DNA from: a virus
Lineage: Duplodnaviria; Caudoviricetes
DNA: 36,726 nt
IMG/VR virus record: IMGVR_UViG_3300022670_000133
Coordinates: 1-36,726 of that record
Reading direction: 5' to 3' (one strand)
Below the pieces are notes generated by a model. That model saw only the letters and a program-made list of their open reading frames with translations, was not told the DNA's origin and ran no database searches. The translations under genes and the position numbers were made by a program. This document shows, piece by piece, positions 1 through 10,446 of the stretch (positions are counted from its first letter, which is position 1; each line of letters starts with the position of its first letter).

Positions 1-2
1 GC

Positions 3-2003
3 GGCGCGTCAGTAATAGCAAATGAATGTAATTTTGGTTGCCAGTTCTACGAGCCTGATAACGATGCCAGGTGGGGACACGCAGTTTATTCTCTTGTGTC
101 TGATGCGGTTATTATTCAAGGGTGTAACTTCGACGGTTTCTGGCACGGTGTGACATGCCGACACGCCAACCCTTATATTGTCAGGGACTGTGATTTCGCC
201 AACCAGATCCACGACACCATGCGGGCCATGACAAACGAAGGCGGAACAGGCGACGTCGAACTATGGTGGCAATATAATGTTGCAAGGAAAGCTATTAAAA
301 GAGATCGATGGATTTCAGACGACTTTGACACCTCTAACAACGCATTGCATGTTGATTTCATGCAGATTAGCGCGAACAGCGACACAAATAATTACATCGT
401 CCATATAAACCATAACCGTTCATACCTGATAGGGTATCGTTCTCAGAGTTACTTTAGAGGTGGCAACCAGGGCATTAATGTTACTGGTGAGATTACGAAT
501 AACTTCTTCGCTAATACAAACACTCACGGCATAAGTAATGGTGCTGGCGAGATTATGGTAAACGCCAACAACAGCATTATCTCTTCAATTAATGATAGCA
601 GCCAGAAATTCCCGTCCGCTTCGCATAAGATTAGATCAACACGGACCGATGTTATCGCTATTGACAATCTCACGGGGGCATTAGTAGCCAGCGGAACGGG
701 TTCGTTTACTCCTACTGGAAATGTCATTATTAACCATATGGATAACACGGGCGGGGTAGAAGATTACGCAGCTCTGTTTGATGGCCCGTTTGATTCCTTT
801 AATGAAGACTTTGGTAAGCAATTTACAGTTGATGAGTCAAGCAGAGCGAATTTTGTTACCTCAATCGATAGCCTGTTTAGTCCTAAAGTTGGCGGCGCAG
901 CAGTTGGTAAAGGTCATCTGACAGAATTTGTCGCTGATGTAGTCGCACCAATACTATCCTTGCCAACAGACACGGCGAACGGCGGGACAGCCTCAACAGG
1001 CACAGTAACCACAGACGAAGACAACGGCACTTTGTATTGGGTTGTTACCGAGTCATCAACACCCCCGACAGCCGCACAAGTCAAGTTAGGCCAGGATAAC
1101 AGCAGCGCGGCCGCGGCTGATAGCGATAACCAGACCGTAAGCGCAACAGGTGTGCAGAACATAGCCGCCGATGGTTTGACAGAGACAACAGATTATACAA
1201 CGCATTATATGCATGAGGATGCTGCGACTAATCCATCCAGTGTTTCAACGGCTAGCGGGTTTACGACAACCAGTGGATTCACAGCCTTTGCGGTAGACAG
1301 TAACACCGCATCAGATCAGTTTAACTCTTTCAAAGATGTGGGGTCAGCCATTGGTTCTAATGATGCGCAAGGGACAATAGCCTTCCATTACAGACCAGGT
1401 ACAAACGCGGCTAATAAACGTGTATTCCAGTTAAGAGATAGTGGTTTCACTAAAATAGTAGATTTATTCGAAACTGGTTCAGGTCGCCTACAACTTGTTT
1501 TGATGAACTCCTCTTCCACCACTGTGGTACAGAAGCAAACGTCCGCTAGTACTTTTGTTGACGGAACATGGTTCGCAATACAGATTTCGTGGGACTTGTC
1601 TACAGGCTCACCAGTATTCCAGTGGCGCATAGATGACGTTCAAGCTACCTTTACAGGCACAGAAACCCTTACAGGCTCAACTGACGTAGGGTGGGCTGTT
1701 GCTGAGAAAATGGGCTTGATGTGTGAGAGTAACGGCGGCGGAGACTTTGATGGGTCATTGGCTAATTTGTATATCAACGCGGCGGAGTTCGTTGATATTT
1801 CTGTAGCAGGGAATAGGCTTAAGTTCTCTAACACCGATACAACGCAAGTAAATATGGGTTCAGACGGTTCAACACCTACAGGCACGTCGCCCTTGTTCTT
1901 CTTTGACGGCGCGTTGGCAGGGTGGTCTACCAACAAAGGAACCGGGCCTTCTGGTACAGATGACGGAACGTTGATATCCGCTTCAAGTTTGCCGGGTGTA
2001 TAA
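3..2003 (+). CDS. C-terminal part of a large modular virion/adhesin-like protein (beta-helix + FN3-like repeat + LamG/ConA-like domain); 5'-truncated by the window edge
   Basis: The frame is open from nt 3 (GASVIANECNFGCQFY...), upstream of the listed GTG at 96. It has beta-helix-like repeats with HVDFMQ, an FN3-like unit at 936-1269 and a LamG-like C-terminus (GTWFAIQISWDL...FDGSLANLYIN). The FN3-like unit closely matches one in ORF 35345-end. Confidence 0.75.
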   Translation, partial: GASVIANECNFGCQFYEPDNDARWGHAVYSLVSDAVIIQGCNFDGFWHGVTCRHANPYIVRDCDFANQIHDTMRAMTNEGGTGDVELWWQYNVARKAIKRDRWISDDFDTSNNALHVDFMQISANSDTNNYIVHINHNRSYLIGYRSQSYFRGGNQGINVTGEITNNFFANTNTHGISNGAGEIMVNANNSIISSINDSSQKFPSASHKIRSTRTDVIAIDNLTGALVASGTGSFTPTGNVIINHMDNTGGVEDYAALFDGPFDSFNEDFGKQFTVDESSRANFVTSIDSLFSPKVGGAAVGKGHLTEFVADVVAPILSLPTDTANGGTASTGTVTTDEDNGTLYWVVTESSTPPTAAQVKLGQDNSSAAAADSDNQTVSATGVQNIAADGLTETTDYTTHYMHEDAATNPSSVSTASGFTTTSGFTAFAVDSNTASDQFNSFKDVGSAIGSNDAQGTIAFHYRPGTNAANKRVFQLRDSGFTKIVDLFETGSGRLQLVLMNSSSTTVVQKQTSASTFVDGTWFAIQISWDLSTGSPVFQWRIDDVQATFTGTETLTGSTDVGWAVAEKMGLMCESNGGGDFDGSLANLYINAAEFVDISVAGNRLKFSNTDTTQVNMGSDGSTPTGTSPLFFFDGALAGWSTNKGTGPSGTDDGTLISASSLPGV

Positions 2004-2030
2004 AGATGTTTTTTAGAAAGAGAGATTAAA

Positions 2031-2315
2031 ATGGCTTCAGGAAGATTTTTAGCGGACGGAAGCACCAATGAATTTATTGTTGGCGGCGGTTCAGAAAATA
2101 TTCATATAGGTGTTGAGGGTACTTTTGGCGGCGGAAATGTTGCTGTTGAAAAGGTCATTGCTGGCGAGGTGTTCCCGTTGAGGGATGGCGGTACAGCAAT
2201 AATTCTTTCTGCACCAGATGACAGCACATATCTTTTAAAATTTGGTGATGTAATCCGGTTGACTTTATCCAGCTCAACAACGCCAGCTATTACATGGTCA
2301 GTTACAGGATTTTAA
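2031..2315 (+). CDS. small beta-rich hypothetical protein, probably virion-associated
   Basis: 94 aa, tightly packed between the modular protein and the portal. Confidence 0.6.
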   Translation: MASGRFLADGSTNEFIVGGGSENIHIGVEGTFGGGNVAVEKVIAGEVFPLRDGGTAIILSAPDDSTYLLKFGDVIRLTLSSSTTPAITWSVTGF

Positions 2316-2318
2316 ATT

Positions 2319-4538
2319 ATGCCTGAGTTTGACGGCGAAAAAGACCCGAATATACTCCTTGCCAAAGATATGGACGTGGATAGAGATAACCGTGTTCAAG
2401 TCAAGGAAGCAAACTCGTTCGTTGATAAGAAAGACGGACAGTGGGAGCCTGACGTTCTGCAGGCGTCAAACGGTAAGCCTCGTTATACTTTTGATATGAC
2501 AACACCAATCATTAACCAGATTGCAGGCGGTATCGAACTCGCAGCCTTTGGTATTAATATCGACCCTGCAGGCGGCGAAGCATCCAAGGACCAGGCTTCT
2601 ATTCTTGACGGGTTAGTTCGGCAGATTCAGAACCAATCCGAAGCTGTCCATACGTTTAATATGTCCGCAAGATCCATGACCACAAGCGGGTTAGGTGGTT
2701 GGCAAGTTGTCCAGCGCGTGCAAGAGGGGAATAGTTTTAACCAAGATTTAGCAATTGAGGCAATCCCTAATTTTGCAGAGCGCGTCTTTTTTGACGCAGC
2801 CACACAAATGCAGGATAACTCAGACGCGCGGCGGGTAACTGTCCTATCAAGTATTGCCCCTGGTGTTTACAAAAAGAAGTTTCCTAAAGGCGGTGCCCAA
2901 TCTGTAGGCAACGGGACGCTTGACCAGCAATACTTCCATAAGAACGACAATATCGTTATTGGCCAGATGTACTTTTTTAAAGAGGAAACGGTTGAAATTG
3001 TCCAGATGAGCAACCTTAAGGTTTACGAGGACAACAAAGACTTCAAGAAGGTAAGAGATGATTTAAAAGACCAGGGAATAAAAGAAGACAACCGCAAGAA
3101 ACAGAAAAAGAAAACTGTTTGGTTCCGTAAATTTGACGGCGGCGGATGGTTAGAGTCTGAACAGAAAACAGCCTTCAGACTTCTCCCTGTTGTTGCCGAG
3201 TATGCAAACTTCAAAGTAGTTGAGAATAAGATTATTTATCACGGAGCTGTGCGTCCTTTGATGGACCCGCAACGAGTGCTGAACTATTCCAAGTCACGAC
3301 AGATTGAAGAGGGTGCACTTGCTCCGCGCTCCAAGCTTATTCTATCACTCAAGCAGATTGAAGGGCATGTTCAAAAACTCAAGACGATGAACGTTGACCC
3401 TGATCCCGTCCTGATTCTCAACAATGACCCTGAGAAACCGGGTCCGGTTCAACAGACGAACCCACCACAGATAAACCCCGGCCTTGCCAATCTATCAAAC
3501 GATATGCAAACCATAATGGGACCAATCTCGGGTTTGTTCGCCGCTAATATGGGTGATAACCCCGGCCTTCAATCCGGTGTTGCAATTGACAGCCTGAAGG
3601 AAACGGGTTCGGTTGGTACAGTTCAATATCATTCTGCACACGCGTTCGCTGTTTGTTTAACTGGAAAGATTATTCTTTCTGCTATTGATGTTGTTTACGA
3701 TACAAAACGGCAAGTTGCAGTCCAAGCGGAGGACGGGGCGATTTCAATCAAAACCCTGAATGATGACGTCCTCGATAAGGAAACAGGCAACACGGTTAAT
3801 CTGCGTGATTTGTCACGTTCATTCTACAATGTCACATGTTCAAGCGGGCCGACCTTTAAGAGCAGGCAGAAAGAAACTATGGCCGGTATGCTAGAAATTG
3901 CGCCTGCAATGCCTGAAGTCATGGCTATCGGTGCCGATATATTCTTAGGGAGCATTGACCTACCCGGCTTTCCTTTGTTGAGAGATAGGGTGCGCGACGC
4001 CAAATTTAGAGCGGGTGAGATACCGCCTGAACAGTGGAACGAACGAGAGCAAGGTATTGCACAGGCACAAGCAGAGGCAGAGGCACAACAGCCACCACAG
4101 GAAGACCCGAACATGATCGCGGCAAGAGGCGTTGAAGCTGAAGGCCAAGCCGCCCTTATGAAAGAGCAAGACCGCAGAGATAACACGCAGATTTCAGTTC
4201 AGGAAAAAGGCGCGAACATTCAGCTTAACCAGAGCAAGCACCAACTTGAAGTAGCCAAATTCCAACAAGGCGCGGCGGACGATGCAGAGAAACTTGAATT
4301 GAGCCAAGAGAAGCAAGAGTTTGAACAGCTTGCAGCGTCACAGAAAATGCAGGTTGAACAGCAAAGAATCCAGATGGAACAGAACGCGTCTGTAAATAAA
4401 GCAATCCTTGATATGGCCAATACATTGAAGGTCATTCGGGAAGCAATGGGCGTTGATACAATCGTAGGGCCGCACAATCAAGCGGCATACATCAACCAAG
4501 CAACAGAGTTAAATGAGACAATAGAGGAAAACCGATAA
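2319..4538 (+). CDS. portal protein, P22 gp1-like
   Basis: 739 aa with DGQWE, RPLMDPQRVLNY and SGVAI motifs and a Q-rich coiled-coil C-terminal barrel; lies before scaffold and coat. Confidence 0.92.
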   Translation: MPEFDGEKDPNILLAKDMDVDRDNRVQVKEANSFVDKKDGQWEPDVLQASNGKPRYTFDMTTPIINQIAGGIELAAFGINIDPAGGEASKDQASILDGLVRQIQNQSEAVHTFNMSARSMTTSGLGGWQVVQRVQEGNSFNQDLAIEAIPNFAERVFFDAATQMQDNSDARRVTVLSSIAPGVYKKKFPKGGAQSVGNGTLDQQYFHKNDNIVIGQMYFFKEETVEIVQMSNLKVYEDNKDFKKVRDDLKDQGIKEDNRKKQKKKTVWFRKFDGGGWLESEQKTAFRLLPVVAEYANFKVVENKIIYHGAVRPLMDPQRVLNYSKSRQIEEGALAPRSKLILSLKQIEGHVQKLKTMNVDPDPVLILNNDPEKPGPVQQTNPPQINPGLANLSNDMQTIMGPISGLFAANMGDNPGLQSGVAIDSLKETGSVGTVQYHSAHAFAVCLTGKIILSAIDVVYDTKRQVAVQAEDGAISIKTLNDDVLDKETGNTVNLRDLSRSFYNVTCSSGPTFKSRQKETMAGMLEIAPAMPEVMAIGADIFLGSIDLPGFPLLRDRVRDAKFRAGEIPPEQWNEREQGIAQAQAEAEAQQPPQEDPNMIAARGVEAEGQAALMKEQDRRDNTQISVQEKGANIQLNQSKHQLEVAKFQQGAADDAEKLELSQEKQEFEQLAASQKMQVEQQRIQMEQNASVNKAILDMANTLKVIREAMGVDTIVGPHNQAAYINQATELNETIEENR

Positions 4539-4539
4539 A

Positions 4540-4616
4540 TTGACTTTTAACCAAAAAACGGTTAATTATACCTTACGTGCAGGCAGCACGGCTTTTACCA
4601 TTATGGGCTATTTTAA
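4540..4616 (+). promoter_or_regulatory. structured leader of the scaffolding gene (possible weak promoter or autoregulatory hairpin)
   Basis: TTGACT at 4540; inverted TTAACC/GGTTAA at 4547-4565; hairpin CGTGC-AGGCA-GCACG at 4576-4590; no clear SD. Confidence 0.35.
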
Positions 4617-5417
4617 ATGACAGACGAAGAACTGCAAGCAAGCGCTGAACCGACCATTGAACCGACAATTCAGGCCGACGATGCACCTGTAATTCCTGAA
4701 AATGGAGCGGATTCAGTACCCGCAGAGGAAACAAAGGTTACGTTTTCACCTGAGCAACAGGAAATTTTTAACGCTGCTAAGGCCAAGGATACAAAGAAGT
4801 TTCACGATAAAAGACGTGAAGCTGAAGGGTATCAGGCTGAACTTGAAGCGTTAAAGGCTTCCATTCCTCAGCCAACGGAACCACAGATTCCTTCTCCGCC
4901 TGATGCGTTGATGCTAGATGACGATGAATTTAAACGTCAGTCTGCAGAATACGTTGAGGCAATTGAGCGGCGAGCAGAGTTTAGAGCTAATGTTAAAGTC
5001 CAAACAGAACAGACAGCGGCACAGCAACAAACAAAGCTTTTTGAACAACAGCAGCGGCGTGTTGCAGAGGGTAACACCTTTGCAGAGAGAAGCCGTAAGT
5101 TAGGGTTTGATGATACAGAAATGGGTCAATCACTCGTAACTTTGCAACAAATGGGTTTAGGTACAGATTTTCAGCAAGATCTTGTCGCGCATGAAAATGG
5201 GCCGGAAGTGATTGATTACCTTGCCAAGAACCCCGATGCACTTGACCAAATGCGGTCAATGTCATCAATGCAAGCTGGTAGCTACATCGCTACAAATATT
5301 GTTCCTAAAGCTCTGAACGCCAAGAAAACAACCAGCGCACCAATCCCCGTTGATTTTGTTAACGGTGGTGGTTCTCCTGAGAAGCCACTAGGCCCACCAG
5401 GAGCGGTGTTCAAATAG
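4617..5417 (+). CDS. scaffolding protein
   Basis: Acidic N-terminus, coiled coil, GPEVIDYLAKNP and TTSAPIPV motifs; lies between portal and coat. Confidence 0.85.
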   Translation: MTDEELQASAEPTIEPTIQADDAPVIPENGADSVPAEETKVTFSPEQQEIFNAAKAKDTKKFHDKRREAEGYQAELEALKASIPQPTEPQIPSPPDALMLDDDEFKRQSAEYVEAIERRAEFRANVKVQTEQTAAQQQTKLFEQQQRRVAEGNTFAERSRKLGFDDTEMGQSLVTLQQMGLGTDFQQDLVAHENGPEVIDYLAKNPDALDQMRSMSSMQAGSYIATNIVPKALNAKKTTSAPIPVDFVNGGGSPEKPLGPPGAVFK

Positions 5418-5429
5418 AGAGCATTTAAA

Positions 5430-6716
5430 ATGGTAAATAATGTAGAAAGTAACTTTAGAGAGAAGGTCATGCCGATCTTTCTCCAAGAATTTGATAACAA
5501 CCGTGTATTTTCAAAGACCGTTGATACACAGCTTTTAACCGGCGTATTTAATGCGGACAGTGGTGAGAGCGTAGCCTATAAACGGGGAACCGATTATCTG
5601 GCAATTGAAACCACAGACGGCGATTTGACGGGTGAAGATGCATCACCGATCATTGTTGGTAACGGGTTTGCCCGCGTTCAAAACCGGATTACTGTTCTTG
5701 TAGAGTACCAACGTATTGAGCAGGCGTTGAAGCTTAATCAACTTGCCGAACTCCTTCGTCCTGCCGCAAAACGAGCGGTAACGCAGCTAGAATTGAATAT
5801 GGCGCGGTTCATGATCAAGAATACCGGGCTTCTTTCTGGCACTGTAGGCACTCCCGCCGCATCCTGGACAGATGTTGCCGACGCGGGCGCGATTATGCAG
5901 GCAACCGGCGTTCCTATGGATAATATGTGGACTTATGTTGTTAATCCGTTCACACAAACGGCGCTTGCAAACGAGGTTCGTTCTCTTGGCGCTGGTGGCG
6001 CTGTTGGCACGGATATCAAAACAGCGTTAGACACCGCAACAATCAGCGAAAGCTACGCGGGCTTTGGTCGTGTTATGACGGCCACAACTCAAGCATCGTA
6101 TATCTCGGACTCCGAGGCAGACCGTGCGGGAACTTTGTCAGGTAACCCTGATGTAACTTATGTTACAGCCAAGGATACAATGACACAGATTCTCCCTGTC
6201 CAGGACTTTGGGAATGATCTTGAAATTAAAGCAGGCGAGCAAATTCAGATTACGGGCCGCAATCGCTTGAATCTGTCAACGCGTGAGCTTGTTGTAGATG
6301 CTTCCGGCAATCCTATCGTTTGGACTGGAACAGTAACAGCAGATGTAATCTTGTCCGGTACTGGCACAGGAAACATTACTGTGACCGGCCCAGCTATCTT
6401 TGAAACTGGCTCTGGTAACGGTGCGTTTAACACGGTTGATTCCGCTCCTGTTTCAACAGATGTTGTTACTCTTCTTGGTGCGGCAAGCACGACAAAACAG
6501 CCTAACCTGTTCTATCACAAACAGGCTTTCGGTGTTGGCTTTGTTGAGCTTCCAAATCTTGATGCACAGCAGAATTCCGGCACGACTAAAGACGGAATTC
6601 ATATCCGTGTCACACGTGGTTCTGATTTCATCAAGGACAAAAATATGGTCCGCTTTGATCTTCAGCCCGCTTTTGCTGCATTGAATCCGTTCCTTGCAGG
6701 CCAGGGTTTCGGCTAA
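5430..6716 (+). CDS. major capsid protein, P22/Sf6-like coat
   Basis: 428 aa with a beta-rich insertion domain, PNLFYHKQAF and C-terminal VRFDLQPAFAALNP; synteny. Confidence 0.93.
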   Translation: MVNNVESNFREKVMPIFLQEFDNNRVFSKTVDTQLLTGVFNADSGESVAYKRGTDYLAIETTDGDLTGEDASPIIVGNGFARVQNRITVLVEYQRIEQALKLNQLAELLRPAAKRAVTQLELNMARFMIKNTGLLSGTVGTPAASWTDVADAGAIMQATGVPMDNMWTYVVNPFTQTALANEVRSLGAGGAVGTDIKTALDTATISESYAGFGRVMTATTQASYISDSEADRAGTLSGNPDVTYVTAKDTMTQILPVQDFGNDLEIKAGEQIQITGRNRLNLSTRELVVDASGNPIVWTGTVTADVILSGTGTGNITVTGPAIFETGSGNGAFNTVDSAPVSTDVVTLLGAASTTKQPNLFYHKQAFGVGFVELPNLDAQQNSGTTKDGIHIRVTRGSDFIKDKNMVRFDLQPAFAALNPFLAGQGFG

Positions 6717-6729
6717 TTCCCTGAAGACT

Positions 6730-6754
6730 AGAGGGGTTTCGGCCCCTCTTTTTT
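6730..6754 (+). terminator. Rho-independent terminator after the coat gene
   Basis: AGAGGGGT-TTCG-GCCCCTCT followed by TTTTT. Confidence 0.9.
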
Positions 6755-6777
6755 CCCTCATAAATTATAGGTTAATC

Positions 6778-6909
6778 ATGGCTAAATGGATTAAACCAAA
6801 CGGCAAAGAAGTCGAGATACATGAAAACTCGATTGAATATGTTAAAAGCATCGGATGGAAGCCAGCCAAAAAGCGCGGCCCAAAGAAAGACAAAGCAAAG
6901 AAGGAATAG
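6778..6909 (+). CDS. small basic hypothetical protein (43 aa)
   Basis: MAKWIKPNGKEVEIH...KKRGPKKDKAKKE; ATG 6778 lies just after the terminator. Confidence 0.65.
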   Translation: MAKWIKPNGKEVEIHENSIEYVKSIGWKPAKKRGPKKDKAKKE

Positions 6910-6912
6910 GGC

Positions 6913-7407
6913 ATGACTACCGCAGCCGAGATAATTGGGGATGCACTGCAAGAGCTAGTTGTCCAAGCGGCAGAGGCACCTATAGAACCATCAGAGGCAG
7001 CATACGCCATTAGAGCAATGAATAGATACATGTTCATGTTGGATGCTCAGGGAATCGCGTTAGGATACACGGTTGTTGACGGTTTAGGCGATACGATTAC
7101 AATCCCACCAGGGGCCGAGCAAGGGCTAGTTATGAATGTCGCTCTTGTTATTGCAGGCCAATTCGGGGCCACACCTTCAGCAGATACAAGGCTTGCAGCG
7201 CGTGAAGGACTTGACGCAATGCGCAAACTTAGCATTACTGTCCTGCCTGCAGACTTCCCTTCAACTCTTCCCATTGGCAGCGGCAACGAAGATCAATCCG
7301 GTATTTTCTCGCGGCGTTTCTATCCAGGCTCAGCGGATGCAATCGCAGCCGAAACAACCGGCAATATTTCACTAGAAAACAACACCAACGAAGAAGCAGG
7401 GGATTAA
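6913..7407 (+). CDS. head-to-tail adaptor / DNA stabilization protein, P22 gp4-like
   Basis: N-terminal TAAEIIGDAL and C-terminal PSTLPIGSGN motif; synteny. Confidence 0.88.
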   Translation: MTTAAEIIGDALQELVVQAAEAPIEPSEAAYAIRAMNRYMFMLDAQGIALGYTVVDGLGDTITIPPGAEQGLVMNVALVIAGQFGATPSADTRLAAREGLDAMRKLSITVLPADFPSTLPIGSGNEDQSGIFSRRFYPGSADAIAAETTGNISLENNTNEEAGD

Positions 7408-7408
7408 A

Positions 7409-8989
7409 ATGTCCGGTACATTTAGCTCAGATAGACAAGAAAGCAAGTTCCCTGTTCAAACCAGTATGCCGTCAGGGTCAAGCGTTACGGGTTTTAGTTC
7501 TGGCGTGAACTTTTCCATTACCTTTGCTAACTTCGTTGCAGGCTTGGGCGTAACCGGATCGATCGTGCAGTCTGGCGACCCACTAGGAACGCCTGTCCTC
7601 AACACTCAGGGCACGGTCAACAATATCCGCAACATGGAGGACGGCCCCGGCGTTAAGTTCTCTGTAAGCCCTCAGAATGGTGTCATTGGTGCACATAACT
7701 TTGTATCAGGTTCGGGCGGCGTTGATATCCTCACAGATGAGACAGCACTAATCCCCATTATTAGAAGCATTGCGCCGGGCCCTGGTATCGCCGTTGCTGC
7801 GACAAACGGAGCGGTTAGAATATCTTCATCTGCGGTTCCAGGAAACAACATTGTTATTGTTAATTCGGCTGCAGATTTTCCGGCAGCGGTTGGCGGCGTT
7901 CGCACACTTGGCCCGGAACTCATCTATTTAATTTCGGGTGAGGTCGATATGGGGTCAGACCGTTTTATGGTGTTGAGCAATACGACAGTTAAAGGGAATT
8001 CAGCTTTCATTGATAAACTCACATCAGCCACGACAGGGGAGTTATTTTCATCGACTGAAGGCGCAACGATTGCGGTTAATAATCTTAAAATTAATTGTCC
8101 GAATGCGGGAATTATCAACCACACATCAATTACACCTAAGACAGGCGTCGTGTCGTTTGATCGGGTTATCGTGGAAGAATGCGACCATATAGGGGAATTT
8201 ACAAATACGGGTGTTGTTACTTATACAACGCTTATTATTGAAAAAATCAATACGACAGGGGCCACCTTCGCCGGGTCATTGATCGCGTTTAATTTAGACA
8301 CAATTCTAGTCCAAGAGTTTGTAGGAACCTTGATCGATTTTGGAACGTCAACGCTTGATGTTGTCGATGTAGAGAATGCAACTATCTTCAGTGATAACGG
8401 TGCAAATGTTATTGTTGATGGATTAGCCAACTCAGGAAATATAAATCTTGGAGGAAATGGGGCTTTAAGAGTCATTAATATTATTGGGGATTTCACTTCT
8501 ACAGGTAATATTTTACCTTCAGATTTGCGGTGGAATTTTAGCCAAAACAATAAATTTCCTGATAGTGTTAATCGTGCTTATTTGTCTATGCCAAGCAATG
8601 CGGTAGTCACAGCGATTGCAGTAATTGACACGCCTGTTTTAGTCTCTGGTGTATGGACTGATGTTGCTGATTCTCGTTTTGTTAATACAACAGGCGGCCG
8701 CACGACCTATTTAGGAACAAGAGGCATCGCGGCAACGGTGGATTTAACATTTACGGCGACAAAACAAGGCGGCGGCACAGACTCATACAGAATACATATC
8801 GCAAAAAATGGCGTGCCGGATGTAAACGCTATAGCAGAATTTTCTTCTGATACTACCCGTAGCCCAAACCTAGCTATCGTTAGCTTAATTACTTTAGTGG
8901 AAAATGATTTTCTCGAAGTGTTTGTTGAGTGCACGACAAGCACAAGCGATATATTAATAACAGCAGCTAATTTTGTGGTATCTGAATAA
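7409..8989 (+). CDS. putative tailspike/fibre-like virion protein with beta-helix-like region
   Basis: 526 aa, rich in G/S/T/N/V, with short repeated beta strands and a jelly-roll-like C-terminus (ITLVENDFLEVFV); lies between gp4 and gp10. Confidence 0.55.
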   Translation: MSGTFSSDRQESKFPVQTSMPSGSSVTGFSSGVNFSITFANFVAGLGVTGSIVQSGDPLGTPVLNTQGTVNNIRNMEDGPGVKFSVSPQNGVIGAHNFVSGSGGVDILTDETALIPIIRSIAPGPGIAVAATNGAVRISSSAVPGNNIVIVNSAADFPAAVGGVRTLGPELIYLISGEVDMGSDRFMVLSNTTVKGNSAFIDKLTSATTGELFSSTEGATIAVNNLKINCPNAGIINHTSITPKTGVVSFDRVIVEECDHIGEFTNTGVVTYTTLIIEKINTTGATFAGSLIAFNLDTILVQEFVGTLIDFGTSTLDVVDVENATIFSDNGANVIVDGLANSGNINLGGNGALRVINIIGDFTSTGNILPSDLRWNFSQNNKFPDSVNRAYLSMPSNAVVTAIAVIDTPVLVSGVWTDVADSRFVNTTGGRTTYLGTRGIAATVDLTFTATKQGGGTDSYRIHIAKNGVPDVNAIAEFSSDTTRSPNLAIVSLITLVENDFLEVFVECTTSTSDILITAANFVVSE

Positions 8990-10446
8990 TGCCTCTTATC
9001 CCCCTTCCCCTCCCTGCTGGCTCTTATGTATCGCGGTCTTTGCCACAATCTAACCAGCAGTTAGTCAATTGGTACAGTCAACCGGCAGAGGGCGGCGGTC
9101 TGTCTGACTTTATGCTGATAGGTACGCCAGGCATTACGGAGGCGACAAATACGGGCGCAGTCCAGCAGATCAACCGGGGCGCATGGGTTAAGAACGGTAT
9201 TGCATACGAGGTCAACGGGGACCAACTCTATCGCGTGAATGAGATAATTACGGCGGGCGTTTCAACCTATACCACAACCTCACTTGGAACTATTCCCGGC
9301 ACTGGCCGCGTATCAATGGCGAACAACAAGACACAGTTGCTTATTCTTGTTCCCGGTGGCGATGGGTTTATCTTCAATGAGGACGCAGGCACACCCTTTG
9401 AACAGATTACAGACGTCAATTTTGATGCGAACGGCAACCCTCAACATGTTGTCTTTCTGGATAGCTTCTTCGTTCTGACCACAGACACGAATAAGATTAT
9501 TATCTCTGCATTAAATGACGGGCTTACATATGACGCTCTAGACTTTGCGGAAGCGGAAGCAGATCCAGACGGTATCGTTGTTCCTATCGTCTACAGTAAC
9601 CGGCTATACATTCTTGGACAGGAAACGATTGAAGCCTTTCAGAATATCGGCGGGGCTGGCTTCCCATTCCAGAGAGTACCCGGCTTCGTTCTCCCCACTG
9701 GATGCGATGCGGCGTTTTCAGCGATACAGGCAGGCGGGACATTCTGTTTTATTGGCGGCGGTGCAGATGAAAGCCCGTCAATCTTTGCCTTCACAGGAAA
9801 CGGCGTCACACCGATTTCCACGGATGCTATTGATGATTTATTGCTGACATTCACAGAGACAGAGATTTCTCAATCATTTGCGGTGGCATACAGTCAAGCG
9901 GGCGCGAGGTTTGTTATATTCACGGTTAAAGACAAGACCTTTGGATATAACTTCAAGACAAAGACATGGCACGACAGAACATCACGGCGCACGTTTGAAG
10001 GTGATGTTTCAGATACACGTTGGCGCGTTAATTCACTGATTACAGCATACGGGAAAGTATTCGTTGGCGACTTCCAGGACGGGCGGATTGGTATTCTTGA
10101 TTTGAATGTAAATGAAGAGTACGGCCAGAACATCATTGGGACTTTCTCAACACTACCCTTTGCCAATAACAGCAAACCTATTTTCGTACCTTCAATTGAG
10201 CTTACAATGGAGGCAGGCGTAGGCGATGCTGCAACCCCTAATCCAGTGGTTAGAATGTCACGCAGTAAAGACGGAAAGACTTTCAGTGATGAAATAAGCC
10301 GTGCAGTGGGTAAGGTTGGCGAGTTTATGCGCCGCACTATATGGCGGCGGAACGGTAGAGCGGCACGGTTCGAGGTGTTCACGTTTGAATACTCTGAAAA
10401 GACGAAACGGATTGTGATTAAGTTGGAGGCAAATATTACAGGATGA
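8989..10446 (+). CDS. tail hub / packaged DNA stabilization protein, P22 gp10-like
   Basis: 485 aa with FAEAEADPDGIV, TKTWH, VGDFQDGRIG and GKVGEFMRRTIWRRNG motifs. Confidence 0.92.
   Translation: MPLIPLPLPAGSYVSRSLPQSNQQLVNWYSQPAEGGGLSDFMLIGTPGITEATNTGAVQQINRGAWVKNGIAYEVNGDQLYRVNEIITAGVSTYTTTSLGTIPGTGRVSMANNKTQLLILVPGGDGFIFNEDAGTPFEQITDVNFDANGNPQHVVFLDSFFVLTTDTNKIIISALNDGLTYDALDFAEAEADPDGIVVPIVYSNRLYILGQETIEAFQNIGGAGFPFQRVPGFVLPTGCDAAFSAIQAGGTFCFIGGGADESPSIFAFTGNGVTPISTDAIDDLLLTFTETEISQSFAVAYSQAGARFVIFTVKDKTFGYNFKTKTWHDRTSRRTFEGDVSDTRWRVNSLITAYGKVFVGDFQDGRIGILDLNVNEEYGQNIIGTFSTLPFANNSKPIFVPSIELTMEAGVGDAATPNPVVRMSRSKDGKTFSDEISRAVGKVGEFMRRTIWRRNGRAARFEVFTFEYSEKTKRIVIKLEANITG

Noticed and set aside
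936-1269. DGR template/variable repeat pair with 35738-36070
   Set aside because: Differences are not adenine-specific, both copies are coding domain repeats, and no reverse transcriptase is present
4040-4538. Q/A/E-rich low-complexity portal tail as a novelty
   Set aside because: It is consistent with the known coiled-coil barrel of P22-like portals
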